Assembly: GCA_902783925.1 (NCBI GenBank)
Contig: CACZSV010000150.1
Span: 1 to 34,421 of the forward strand
Reading direction: 5' to 3'
Source: an uncultured Coriobacteriaceae bacterium
GTDB taxonomy: Bacteria > Actinomycetota > Coriobacteriia > Coriobacteriales > QAMH01
Length of the DNA: 34,421 bases
The stretch's first letter is position 1, and every line of letters starts with the position of its first letter. The position numbers and the translations under genes are program-made. Under the pieces are notes generated by a model. The model had not been told where the DNA came from. It saw only the letters and a list, made by a program, of their open reading frames with translations, and made no database searches. Below are positions 17,029 through 26,265 of this stretch, one piece after another.

Positions 17029-18027
17029 ATGGCACGAACCGGAATCATCCTGGCCAACACCGGTACGCCCGACAGCCCGGCGCCCGAAGATGTCAGGAAC
17101 TACCTCGAGCAGTTTCTCTCGAATCCGCGTATCGTGCCCATGAACAAGCGCGCTTGGTGGCTCATACTGCACTTGTTCATTCTCCCCTCACGCAAGAATA
17201 GCTCTGGCGAAAAATACAAAACCATCTGGACCGATGAAGGGTTTGCCTTCATCCGCGACCATAAGACGCTTGCATATGCTGTCCAGCAGGCATACAACGC
17301 ATCGGGGGCCGACGTTGCAGTCGAATGCGCAATGAGCTTTGGGAACCCATCTATCGAAGACGTCATGCGCCGTCTGCACGATATCGGGTGCGAGAGGCTG
17401 ATCGTTTTGCCCTTGTATCCGCAAAACGCTTTCAGCCAGGCATCTATCGTGACAGATGCTGTTGAGCTTCATGCCCCGTCAACGGGATGGCAAGACGCAT
17501 ATGAGTTTATCGATGACTACAGCAGCAACGAAGCTTATCTCGCCGCAATAGCAGACTCCATACAGAAGGCAGGTTTCGATACGGATCGCGACAGGTTGCT
17601 GATGTCGTTTCACTCGATTCCTCGCACCGATGTAGAACGCGGCGACACATATGGCATGAACGTCCGTTTAACATGCTTGGATATCGCACGCAGGCTCGGG
17701 CTTGATGACAAAAGCTGGGCCCAGGCATACCAGAGCAGGTTCGATAAGGGCCGCGCGTGGCTTGGTCCCTTTACAGGCGAGGTGCTCCAAAAATTGGCTG
17801 AAGAGGAATTTGATGGAAGGCTCTTCGTCGTTTGCCCGAATTTTTCCGTCGATTGCCTCGAGACGTACTACGACATCGACAACATCATGCGTAACGCATG
17901 GGCCGAGCTGCATCGGGGACGAGGCGATTGCCCCGAGTTCGTTTATGTTCCCTGTCTTGGCGCAAGCGAGGCGCATGTCAACGTCATCATGGACGTGCTC
18001 AAACGCAGCGGTGCTGCTCTCTGCTAA
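17029..18027 (+). CDS. hemH: ferrochelatase
   Basis: The 332-aa protein aligns along its length with E. coli HemH as I remember it: GIILANTGTPDSP..V..YL.QFLS, VLPLYPQ, SFHSIP and DCLET. Confidence 0.85.
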   Translation: MARTGIILANTGTPDSPAPEDVRNYLEQFLSNPRIVPMNKRAWWLILHLFILPSRKNSSGEKYKTIWTDEGFAFIRDHKTLAYAVQQAYNASGADVAVECAMSFGNPSIEDVMRRLHDIGCERLIVLPLYPQNAFSQASIVTDAVELHAPSTGWQDAYEFIDDYSSNEAYLAAIADSIQKAGFDTDRDRLLMSFHSIPRTDVERGDTYGMNVRLTCLDIARRLGLDDKSWAQAYQSRFDKGRAWLGPFTGEVLQKLAEEEFDGRLFVVCPNFSVDCLETYYDIDNIMRNAWAELHRGRGDCPEFVYVPCLGASEAHVNVIMDVLKRSGAALC

Positions 18028-18090
18028 ACGGCCCCTGACATCATCGCGAGCGAAATCCTCATACCGTCAATCCTGCACAGGCGCTTGCAC

Positions 18091-18235
18091 CCCCTCCATG
18101 CCATCCTAAGCAAACGCGAAGCGCGAGTCGAAGGATCTCCCGGTGGGTCGCAGCTCAACACAAGATTCTTCGACTCCGGGCGCCTAATGGCGCCCGTCGC
18201 TCAGAACGACAGAAAGCCGCCGTGTCATCCTAAGC
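18091..18235. repeat. REP/MITE-like structured repeat element (degenerate)
   Basis: CATCCTAAGC occurs at 18102-18111 and 18226-18235. A 13/14 inverted repeat pairs GAGTCGAAGGATCT (18125-18138) with AGATTCTTCGACTC (18163-18176). A perfect hairpin, GGGCGCC-TAAT-GGCGCCC, lies at 18178-18195. Confidence 0.45.
18178..18195 (+). terminator. perfect 7-bp GC hairpin downstream of hemH (possible U-tract-less terminator)
   Basis: GGGCGCC TAAT GGCGCCC lies about 150 nt after the hemH stop. No T-run follows, so terminator function is uncertain. Confidence 0.25.
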
Positions 18236-18320
18236 CCGTGGAGAACAGGCTAAAACATGCCGTCCATCGTTTTCTCGAGTGCTGATAGAATACGTCACGA
18301 ATTATTTGAAAGGATGCAGC

Positions 18321-19796
18321 GTGTCTGAGACATATCCGCACTTCCATATCGTGCTTCTTGCAGATGATAGCGGCGAGAACTTGTGGCCAATCGCCCGCAA
18401 GCAATCTCCCGCCTGCTTTGCACCCGTGCAGCCCGGTGCGGACGAGAGCCTGCTCACTGCGACTGTCGCACGTGTTCAGCCATATAGTGCGTATCCTCTC
18501 CACATCATCACGAACAGCACTTTGTCAGAACTCCTGTATGCCGAACTCAGAGCGCACGCGGAGCTTTCCCCCGAAAAGTTCGAGCTCATCTGTCCTCCGG
18601 GAGATAGGGGCAGTGCCTTTTCCATTGCCTTGATCTGCGCGAGTATACGCCGCGAAGATCCAGATGCCGTCGTTGCCGTTTTGCCCGTGGATCTGCGAGT
18701 CGAAACCGATGAGCGCTGGCCTCATCTGCTGTATGCCGCATATCAGATTGCTCTGCAAGACAACATCGTGCTTATTGGATCACGGCAACGGCATAAATGC
18801 CGAGACATCAGCTACATTCGTCCTGCCAAGCGCCTCAACGATATCGAGGACGCATATGAGGTGCGCACATTTGCCGCAGGGGCCCGTCCGGCAACCGCAT
18901 CGCGCGCCTATCATGAGGGCGCCTACTGGTACGCGGGCATATTCGTCGGAAGAGCTGCGGAGATTCTCGGGCTGCTCGCGCATGCAGAAGGAAAACGACA
19001 CCGGTCGGCGACGGATGTCGAGTCGCTGCGCCGTATCGCCGAGACGGCCTCCTTTTTTGCCATGCTCGACCGCGGTGCCTGGACTACCGCCGACGCGGAA
19101 GAAGTGGCAAAAACACTCGTGTATGCATCCTTCGAAAAGGCTGCTCTTGAGCATGCGAACAACCTCATCATGCTCTCGACCACCATCGGATTTTCCACGA
19201 CAGGCTCACTTGAAGACGCGGGAAGCGATGTCGCCGCAGATACATACGGCAACCGTCTTGTTGGCGACGCGCTGGCAACGGAAAGCCAAGGCGTCACGGT
19301 GCTCGCGCAGGCGCCTGGACGCTTTATCGCCACATATGGGCTCGACGATATATGCATCATCGACACCCCCGATGCGCTACTGGTGTCGAAGAGGTCACAG
19401 TTGAATAATATGGACAAACTGCTCGCGAACATGCGCGATCATGACGTGTCCCAACTCGAGACATCTGCACGCAGGCCCTTTGCCTGGGGAACAGCCACGC
19501 TGCTCGTCCAGGCCGAAGAAACGGCAACATGGAAAATCGAATTACCTGCTGGGTCGACTTTCGACGCGCTCAGTATCCCGTACGAATACGGCACATTTAG
19601 CGACAAGCAGCTGAAAAAGCTGCGTGAGCAATATGCCGTCGCCCAGGGCGACGTGCTCATACAGGAACGTACGGAAAACGCCCAGCCAACTCTCAAGGGA
19701 ACAGGCGACGCCTTTGAGGCGAACACAGAAAATCCGCTTCTCATCATGTGCGTCGAGAACAATCCCGCCACGCTTATTATGACCGCGACGGTATAG
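18321..19796 (+). CDS. ManC/CpsB-like sugar-phosphate nucleotidyltransferase homologue with degenerate catalytic motifs
   Basis: HIVLLADDSGENLWPIARKQSP aligns with the ManC signature ILAGGSGTRLWPLSR. The C-terminal RPFAWGTATLL...WKIELPAGSTF resembles the ManC cupin entry RPWG.Y. GTG at 18321 is preceded by GAAAGGA at 6 nt; the track start is the GTG at 18279. Confidence 0.65.
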   Translation: MSETYPHFHIVLLADDSGENLWPIARKQSPACFAPVQPGADESLLTATVARVQPYSAYPLHIITNSTLSELLYAELRAHAELSPEKFELICPPGDRGSAFSIALICASIRREDPDAVVAVLPVDLRVETDERWPHLLYAAYQIALQDNIVLIGSRQRHKCRDISYIRPAKRLNDIEDAYEVRTFAAGARPATASRAYHEGAYWYAGIFVGRAAEILGLLAHAEGKRHRSATDVESLRRIAETASFFAMLDRGAWTTADAEEVAKTLVYASFEKAALEHANNLIMLSTTIGFSTTGSLEDAGSDVAADTYGNRLVGDALATESQGVTVLAQAPGRFIATYGLDDICIIDTPDALLVSKRSQLNNMDKLLANMRDHDVSQLETSARRPFAWGTATLLVQAEETATWKIELPAGSTFDALSIPYEYGTFSDKQLKKLREQYAVAQGDVLIQERTENAQPTLKGTGDAFEANTENPLLIMCVENNPATLIMTATV

Positions 19797-19809
19797 AAAA
19801 AGCGCGCCT

Positions 19810-21198
19810 TTAGTAGGGTTCGTCGCGCCGCAGATTGTCGAAGCGCGTGCAATCGGCTTGGAATGCGAGGCTGATGGTGCCGATGGGCCCGTTGCGGTGC
19901 TTTGCGACAATCACATCTGCCGTGCCCCACTGTGGGCGGTCTTCCTGGTCTCCCTCTTCTTTCGAAAGCGAGCGGTCGAGGAACATGACGATGTCGGCGT
20001 CTTGCTCGATGGCGCCAGATTCACGCAGGTCGGAGAGGATGGGGCGCTTGCCCTGACGCGATTCGACCGCGCGAGAGAGCTGCGAGAGCGCGATGATGGG
20101 CATGTCCATCTCTTTCGCGAGGATCTTGAGGCCGCGCGATATCTCGGCGATCTCGACCTGACGCGATTCCGTGCGCTGGTTCTGCGGCTGCATGAGCTGC
20201 AGGTAGTCGACGATGATGAGCCCCTTGTTCGGCTCCACGTGGCGCAGCTGCCTGCGCGCCTTGGCACGGACCTCGAGAATCGACGCGCTGGGCGTGTCGT
20301 CAACCCAGAGGTTAAGCTTGGAGAGCCTATCCGAGACCGACACGAGTTCCGTCCAGTCCTGCGCGTTCATCTGACCGGTCTGCATCTTCTTGGAATTGAC
20401 GCGCGTCTCCGTGGAGAGGATGCGCTGGATGAGCTGGTTTGCCGACATCTCGAGCGAGAAGAAAGCGACCGAGGTGCCCAGCTGCGCCGCCCTGCTCGCG
20501 ATGTTGAGCGCGAGCGCCGTCTTGCCCACGGAAGGACGCGCGGCAAGGATGACGAGATCGCCTCCGCGCAGGCCGCCAAAGAGGTCGTCGAGGTCTTTGA
20601 AGCCGGTGCGCACCCCGCGATACTTCGTCTTGGTGCTCGCGAGCTCCTGCAGCTCGTTGAACGTCTCGACCACGAGGGAGTCGATTTTCTTGAAATTGGT
20701 GGAGACACGCCTGTTCGTGACGTCGAACAGGAGCTTCTCGGATGTCTCGACCACCTCGTCGAGGTCGTCGGGCGCGTCGTAGCCCAGCGCAGTGATGCGC
20801 ACGGATGCCCCGATGAGGCTGCGCAGCATCGCCTCGCGCTTGACGATGTCCGCGTGATGAGACCAGTTAGCCAGCGCGTACATATTATTGCCGAGCTCGA
20901 CGATATAGGCCTTGCCGCCAATGGCGTCGAGCTCGCCGCGGCTCTTGAGGCGGTCTGCCAGCGAGAGTTGATCGATGGGTACGCCCCTGTTATAGAGCTC
21001 CTCCATGGACTCGAAAATTTTGCGGTGCGCGGGACGATAGAACTCGTCTGCAGAGAGCTTCATCATTGCGCCCTCGACGACCTCGGCATCCGAACCGAGG
21101 AGCATAGCTGCGAGCACAGCCTTTTCCGCATCGATGTCTTGCGGCATGATGCGCTCTACCTGCGAATTGGCATTTGATGAATAAGCTAGTTCTGGCAT
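19810..21198 (-). CDS. dnaB: replicative DNA helicase
   Basis: PQDIDAEKAVLAAMLL (DnaB N-terminal domain), Walker A ILAARPSVGKTALALN, SLEMS and IIVDYLQLM, plus a RecA-like C-terminal domain. Confidence 0.95.
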   Translation of the reverse strand: MPELAYSSNANSQVERIMPQDIDAEKAVLAAMLLGSDAEVVEGAMMKLSADEFYRPAHRKIFESMEELYNRGVPIDQLSLADRLKSRGELDAIGGKAYIVELGNNMYALANWSHHADIVKREAMLRSLIGASVRITALGYDAPDDLDEVVETSEKLLFDVTNRRVSTNFKKIDSLVVETFNELQELASTKTKYRGVRTGFKDLDDLFGGLRGGDLVILAARPSVGKTALALNIASRAAQLGTSVAFFSLEMSANQLIQRILSTETRVNSKKMQTGQMNAQDWTELVSVSDRLSKLNLWVDDTPSASILEVRAKARRQLRHVEPNKGLIIVDYLQLMQPQNQRTESRQVEIAEISRGLKILAKEMDMPIIALSQLSRAVESRQGKRPILSDLRESGAIEQDADIVMFLDRSLSKEEGDQEDRPQWGTADVIVAKHRNGPIGTISLAFQADCTRFDNLRRDEPY

Positions 21199-21394
21199 AC
21201 GTACAAGTTCTTCTCTCCAACAGTGCTTGAATTTGGAGACAATACCTTACCCGTTTGGTGTGACACAGATTGGCGAGGTTTTCTAAATCAACAGCCTTTG
21301 TGGAGTTTTTGCGCACCACAAGCTGGGGCGATGAGAGTTTTCCACTTATAAACGGATTTTGCGATTTTTTTAAACGGCTCGCATATCCACAGCT

Positions 21395-22969
21395 TTAGAT
21401 GTGCTTTGGCACGTCTTCTTCCAAATGATCAGAAACAGGTTCGCGCATCTGCTGCTCGAGCATGCGGTTCAGCGCGTTCACATACGCCCTGCCGGAACTG
21501 ACGGTAATGTCATCGTGGCTTCCCCGGCCAATATACACCGCTCCATCCGGCGCCTTGATGCGCACTGTAACCTCACCTAGGGCATTGATTCCGCGCGTCA
21601 CACTCTGCACCGAATACTCGGTAAGGTCGTTTTCTGCTCGAACGACTTTGTTTATCGCAGAGTACATAGCATCGATGGGGCCAACGCCTGTCTCGCACAC
21701 GGTGCTCGTATTCCCCTCCGCATCGGTCATCGTGACCGTTGCCGTTGGCACGAGTGGATGACCGCAGGAAATCTGAACGGCATCGAGCTTGTAGATCGCG
21801 TTCTCGTTGCGATCCTGCTCGCCCATGAGGGAGTGGAGGTCGTCGTCGTAGACTTCCTTCTTGCGGTCTGCCAAATCGAGAAACGCGGCATGAATCAGCT
21901 CGAATTTGTCTTTCGATATGTCTGTGTACCCAAGGTCTTCGAGACGTTTGCGCAGGGCCGCATGACCGCTGCGGGCGGTGAGCACAATCTGGCTTCCGCT
22001 CACGCCAACTTCTTCTGGGGCGATGATTTCATATGTCTCGCGGTTCTTGATTACGCCATCCTGGTGAATGCCCGAGCTGTGGGCAAAGGCATTCGCCCCG
22101 ACAATCGCCTTATTTGGCTGAACGTTAAAGCCCGTGATGGAAGATACGAGCCGGCTTGCGTGACCGAATTCGACGGTGTTGATATCGGTATGCGCGTCGA
22201 GCTCATCCGGGTGCATCTTTATCGCCATGACGACTTCCTCCATGGCGGTGTTTCCCGCGCGCTCGCCGAGCCCGTTGATGGTGCACTCGACCTGCGTCGC
22301 ACCGTTCATAACGCCCGCAAGGGAAAGCGCCGTCGCCAAGCCGAGATCGTTATGGCAGTGAACCGAAACGCAGACGTCTTCGATGCCATCGACATGCTCC
22401 ATAAGGTACTTAATGCGTGCGCCGAACTCCCACGGCATGCTATACCCGGTTGTGTCGGGAATGTTGACAACGGTCGCGCCGGCATTCACCACCGCCTGAA
22501 TCATCCTGACAAGATCGTCGTACGGCGCACGACCAGCATCTTCGGCATAGAACTCGACGTCGTGCACATATTTGCGAGCATGACGCACCGCTGCAGCCCC
22601 TTGGTCAATTGCTTCCTCGAGGGTCATATTCTTGAACTTGTACTTGAGATGCTGCGGAGAGACCCCGATGCCGGTGTGGATACGCGGACGCGCGGCGTAC
22701 TTGAGCGCGTCGGCGCAGCTATCGATATCGCGCTCGACTGCGCGGGTCAAACCGCAGACAACACATGCATCGCCTGCAAGCTCCGCGATATCTCGAACCG
22801 AATCGAAATCGCCGGGGCTCGATGCGGGAAACCCAGCTTCGATAACATCGACGCCCAAACGAAGGAGCTGACGGGTAATCACGAGCTTCTCCTGTGCGTT
22901 CATACTCGCGCCCGGCGACTGCTCCCCGTCTCGTAGCGTTGTATCGAATATATGAATCTTCCGCGTCAT
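21395..22969 (-). CDS. leuA: 2-isopropylmalate synthase
   Basis: [52 protein letters not shown], and a C-terminal LeuA dimerisation/regulatory domain. 524 aa. Confidence 0.9.
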   Translation of the reverse strand: MTRKIHIFDTTLRDGEQSPGASMNAQEKLVITRQLLRLGVDVIEAGFPASSPGDFDSVRDIAELAGDACVVCGLTRAVERDIDSCADALKYAARPRIHTGIGVSPQHLKYKFKNMTLEEAIDQGAAAVRHARKYVHDVEFYAEDAGRAPYDDLVRMIQAVVNAGATVVNIPDTTGYSMPWEFGARIKYLMEHVDGIEDVCVSVHCHNDLGLATALSLAGVMNGATQVECTINGLGERAGNTAMEEVVMAIKMHPDELDAHTDINTVEFGHASRLVSSITGFNVQPNKAIVGANAFAHSSGIHQDGVIKNRETYEIIAPEEVGVSGSQIVLTARSGHAALRKRLEDLGYTDISKDKFELIHAAFLDLADRKKEVYDDDLHSLMGEQDRNENAIYKLDAVQISCGHPLVPTATVTMTDAEGNTSTVCETGVGPIDAMYSAINKVVRAENDLTEYSVQSVTRGINALGEVTVRIKAPDGAVYIGRGSHDDITVSSGRAYVNALNRMLEQQMREPVSDHLEEDVPKHI

Positions 22970-23252
22970 GAGATCCCCCTGGTGCGCAACCGACTATGCG
23001 CAATGATAAACCATCGACATTCCCGTGCGGTCGGGGGCATGTGCTTAGGATTGAAGAGAGGGGCAGTTAAAATGCACCCAGTTGAGTAAAACTCGTAGCG
23101 AGGAACGCCATGCCGACCCGCTGCCGGCTCATTATGAGTCCGCGGCTCAATGGCAGTCGTCCGGGCGGCCCAAAGGTCACCCGGACGAAACTGCCCTAGC
23201 GTTTATTTCCCAGTGGTAATACCCCCGCGCAGGCGCCCGTGGGCACGTTACG
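22970..23252 (-). promoter_or_regulatory. long structured 5' leader of leuA (class not recognised)
   Basis: A 283-nt spacer between the serA stop and the leuA ATG, carrying several stable hairpins and a C-run complementary to the SD G-run. Details are in the findings. Confidence 0.35.
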
Positions 23253-24836
23253 CTACAGATCGATGTACCAGATACGCTCGGTCTCGACTGTGCTTTCGAG
23301 CGCACGGCGCACATTGGCGGGTACTTCCTGATTTAAGTTGAGCAACACTTCCACGAGAGGGTGTTCGCTGTCCTTTGCAATCTGCATCGATTCAACGTTG
23401 ATTCCAGCATCACCCAGGATGGTACCGATTTTGCCAATCTGGCCTGGCTTGTCCTCGTACTCGAGAACGACGATGTCCTTCTCGGGAACAAAGTCGACGG
23501 GGAGACCAAGTAGATTAATGATACGCGGCATTTCACGACCCAGCGCAATCGTCGATGCAACTGCATATTCCTCGCCGCCACTATATGCTTTAATCTCGAG
23601 GTAGCTGGGATAGCTTTCGGAAAGCGGGTCCGTCGCCGTCTCCACGACGACGCCGCGCTGTTCGGCAATGTAGCCGGCGTTGATGATGTTCACGGGAATC
23701 TCGCTTCCAAACGAGACGATTCCCGCCAACGCTGCAGTACCAAGAACGCTCGGGTCGGCATCGGCTATCTTGCCATGCGCCGTGACACTAACCTTATCGA
23801 TTCCGCCATCGACGAGCTGAGCGAGAATCTCGCCCGTCTTCTGCGCGATAGGCAAGAAGTCTCCAAGCTTGGCCATGACATCGGCGGGGATGCGCGCCGA
23901 ATTGACAACCGTGTTCACCGTTTTGCCTTCAAGGCCGGCAATGACGTACTCGGCAATTTGCGTCGCGGCCCTCGTCTGTGCTTCCTTCGTCGAGGCTCCA
24001 AGATGCGGGGTGATAACCGCGTTGTCGAATGCGTGGATAGGCGAGTCGGTCACGGGCTCGTTTTCCCATACATCGACGCCGACTCCGCCAAGATGTCCGT
24101 TTTCGAGAGCGTCTGCGAGCGCCTCGAGATCGACAAGGCCGCCACGCGCGACGTTCAAGATGATGCCGCCCTCTGGCATTTCCGCCATCTGCTTTGCGCC
24201 GATCATCCCCGTTGTCTCCGGGGTCTTGGGCATATGCAGCGTGATGAAATTGGACTGCTTGCACACCTCGTCGACATCATCATAAAGCGTGATGCCGTAG
24301 TGCGCTGCGCGCTCGGGCGGGCAATACGGATCGTAGCCGATGAGCTTCATGCCAAAAGCAGCGGCGCGCTCGGCAACAAGCAGACCAACATGCCCGGTAC
24401 CGAAAATGCCCAGGGTTTTGTCCTGCAATTCTATGCCCGTGAATTTGGAGCGGTCCCATTTTCCCTCTTTCATGGACGCGGTTGCGCGGGCAGTGTTACG
24501 AGCAGCAGAGAGCATGAGGGCCATAGTCTGCTCGGCTGCCGAGACGACGTTTGAAAGCGGAGCGTTGCAAACGATGATGCCGCGTTCAGTCGCCGCGTCG
24601 CGATCGATGTTGTCAACGCCGACGCCGGCACGCCCGATAATCTTGAGCTTTGCACCGGCTTCTATGACTTCGCGGGTTACAGTAGTCGCGGAACGAACGA
24701 TGAGGGCGTCGTAATCGGGAATCATCTCGACAAGCTCGGCCGCCGTGGTATCTGGCTTGAATGTCACTTCATAGCCCGCGTCTTCGAGCAGGGCGATGCC
24801 CGCCTTGTTGAATTTTTCCGGAATGAGGATCTTCAT
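23253..24836 (-). CDS. serA: D-3-phosphoglycerate dehydrogenase (long form with ASB + ACT domains)
   Basis: 527 aa with the Rossmann motif GIFGTGHVGLLVA and the catalytic region NVARGGLVD...TPHLGAST. C-terminal ACT-like domain. SD AGGAGAA lies before the ATG at 24836. Confidence 0.95.
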   Translation of the reverse strand: MKILIPEKFNKAGIALLEDAGYEVTFKPDTTAAELVEMIPDYDALIVRSATTVTREVIEAGAKLKIIGRAGVGVDNIDRDAATERGIIVCNAPLSNVVSAAEQTMALMLSAARNTARATASMKEGKWDRSKFTGIELQDKTLGIFGTGHVGLLVAERAAAFGMKLIGYDPYCPPERAAHYGITLYDDVDEVCKQSNFITLHMPKTPETTGMIGAKQMAEMPEGGIILNVARGGLVDLEALADALENGHLGGVGVDVWENEPVTDSPIHAFDNAVITPHLGASTKEAQTRAATQIAEYVIAGLEGKTVNTVVNSARIPADVMAKLGDFLPIAQKTGEILAQLVDGGIDKVSVTAHGKIADADPSVLGTAALAGIVSFGSEIPVNIINAGYIAEQRGVVVETATDPLSESYPSYLEIKAYSGGEEYAVASTIALGREMPRIINLLGLPVDFVPEKDIVVLEYEDKPGQIGKIGTILGDAGINVESMQIAKDSEHPLVEVLLNLNQEVPANVRRALESTVETERIWYIDL

Positions 24837-25063
24837 CTGCGTTCTCCTATCTCGCGTTGGCTATTCAGCGCGTATTTCTGGTTGGCCGACATTGTAAAGA
24901 GCTGCATTCAAAATTGCCGTGTTTTGAGTGAAATCATTCCCAAATGTCATAATGTGTGTATTTTTTTAACGATATGGCGGTATAATTTCATCTGCAAATC
25001 AGCTTGTATAATAATTTTATCGCCATTTCGATTCTTTTATACATACTAACGAGGCTTATCACA

Positions 25064-26140
25064 TTGGAAGACAAAACACCCCTGGTTCTTTCGCATGCAA
25101 GCGCGCTTGCTTATTGGAATCGGTCTACGAAGCCCACCAAAGCGGAAACGTGTAGCGCAGAAGAATGCCGGCAAATTCTCGACAGCACACGAGGAGCTGT
25201 CCACGTGCGCGAGCTCGCCAGCGCCCTCGACATGTTCCCTCTTTCAGTACTCGACAGACCGCTCGATTTGCTAACCAGCTCACGCAACGACCGCCGTTCA
25301 ACTTCGCTTGCCACATACCATTGCATGCAAACTGCGCTTCCCGATAATTCCCTCGTCCGTGTTTCCTGCGAACCTGAGGATGAGAACGTGGGATTTGATA
25401 TATTCCTGAGTTCTCCCGAGCTCTGCTTCGCGCAAATGGCCTGCGTGCTTTCAACCTGGGAGCTCATAGAGCTCGGTTTCGAAATGTGCGGAGGGTATGG
25501 CAGCCCCTCAAGCCGCATCGGACAAGCGCAGACGAACGTTGCGTCCTCGAATGCGATTGAGCGCTACCCGAGAATAAGCACACCGGAGCGTATTCAGGAA
25601 TATATAATGAGTTGCTCGGGGATGACAGGAGGAAAGCGTGCTCGTCAGGCGGCAAAGTGGCTCGTCGCGCAATCGAGCTCTTCTGAAGAAACCCATATCT
25701 GCATGCTCGCCTTCTTGCCGCGCTCGCTTGGCGGCATGGGCACACCGCGTCCATTGCTGAACCAGCGGATCGCCGCCCCCGATGTTGTCGCACGCGTTCT
25801 TGGAACTCGCACGCTTACCCCAGATTTGTACTGGCCGGATGCACGTGTCGCACTCGAGTACGATGGACGTATCTGGAACAACGCGCGGGCACGCGAGGAA
25901 TACGAAAAACGCAAGCACAACGCATACCGCATTATGGGTATCGAGGTGGTTTCCATCGGACGCGCCGACCTCGACCATTCCGATACAATCCGCGAACAAT
26001 TCAAACGCATTAATCGCAGGTGCGGCAAGCGCCTCAAGGAACCCAATGCCAAGCAGCGCGCAAGGCAAGAGTCACTCATGGGCTGGATTGCCACCCGCGA
26101 ATATGAGCAGGCGCATGTCCCATATGTGAATAAGCGGTGA
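25064..26140 (+). CDS. hypothetical protein with C-terminal DUF559/Vsr-like (PD-(D/E)xK) endonuclease-fold domain
   Basis: The C-terminal PDLYWPDARVALEYDGRIW...YRIMGIEVVSIGRADL matches the DUF559 pattern (D...ELDG...G..V.R). The N-terminal LSHASALAYW resembles the SHxSAAxLxG motif of this family. No in-frame ATG near the 5' end; the TTG at 25064 (after GAGG) is preferred over the TTG at 25004, which overlaps a TATAAT. Confidence 0.6.
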   Translation: MEDKTPLVLSHASALAYWNRSTKPTKAETCSAEECRQILDSTRGAVHVRELASALDMFPLSVLDRPLDLLTSSRNDRRSTSLATYHCMQTALPDNSLVRVSCEPEDENVGFDIFLSSPELCFAQMACVLSTWELIELGFEMCGGYGSPSSRIGQAQTNVASSNAIERYPRISTPERIQEYIMSCSGMTGGKRARQAAKWLVAQSSSSEETHICMLAFLPRSLGGMGTPRPLLNQRIAAPDVVARVLGTRTLTPDLYWPDARVALEYDGRIWNNARAREEYEKRKHNAYRIMGIEVVSIGRADLDHSDTIREQFKRINRRCGKRLKEPNAKQRARQESLMGWIATREYEQAHVPYVNKR

Positions 26141-26265
26141 GCAAAGGCCAGATCCACATCCAGTTGCCTGCCCTTTTGCTCTAGGGCACGCACGACTCCA
26201 GCTAGCCCACACGCGCATATATGCGGTACCATCGTTTCTCGCAGGTACACACGAAAGGTCAGATC

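Noticed and set aside
18085-18285. 66-aa ORF in the hemH / manC-like spacer.
   Set aside because: It is a read-through of the repeat/hairpin element (…HAILSKREARVEGSP…). It has no SD and low-complexity composition.
22966-23040. 24-codon uORF ([24 protein letters not shown]) ending in ATGA overlap with the leuA start; considered as a leucine attenuation leader peptide.
   Set aside because: It has only one Leu codon, no SD upstream and no terminator/antiterminator pair with a U-tract. The overlap may be fortuitous.
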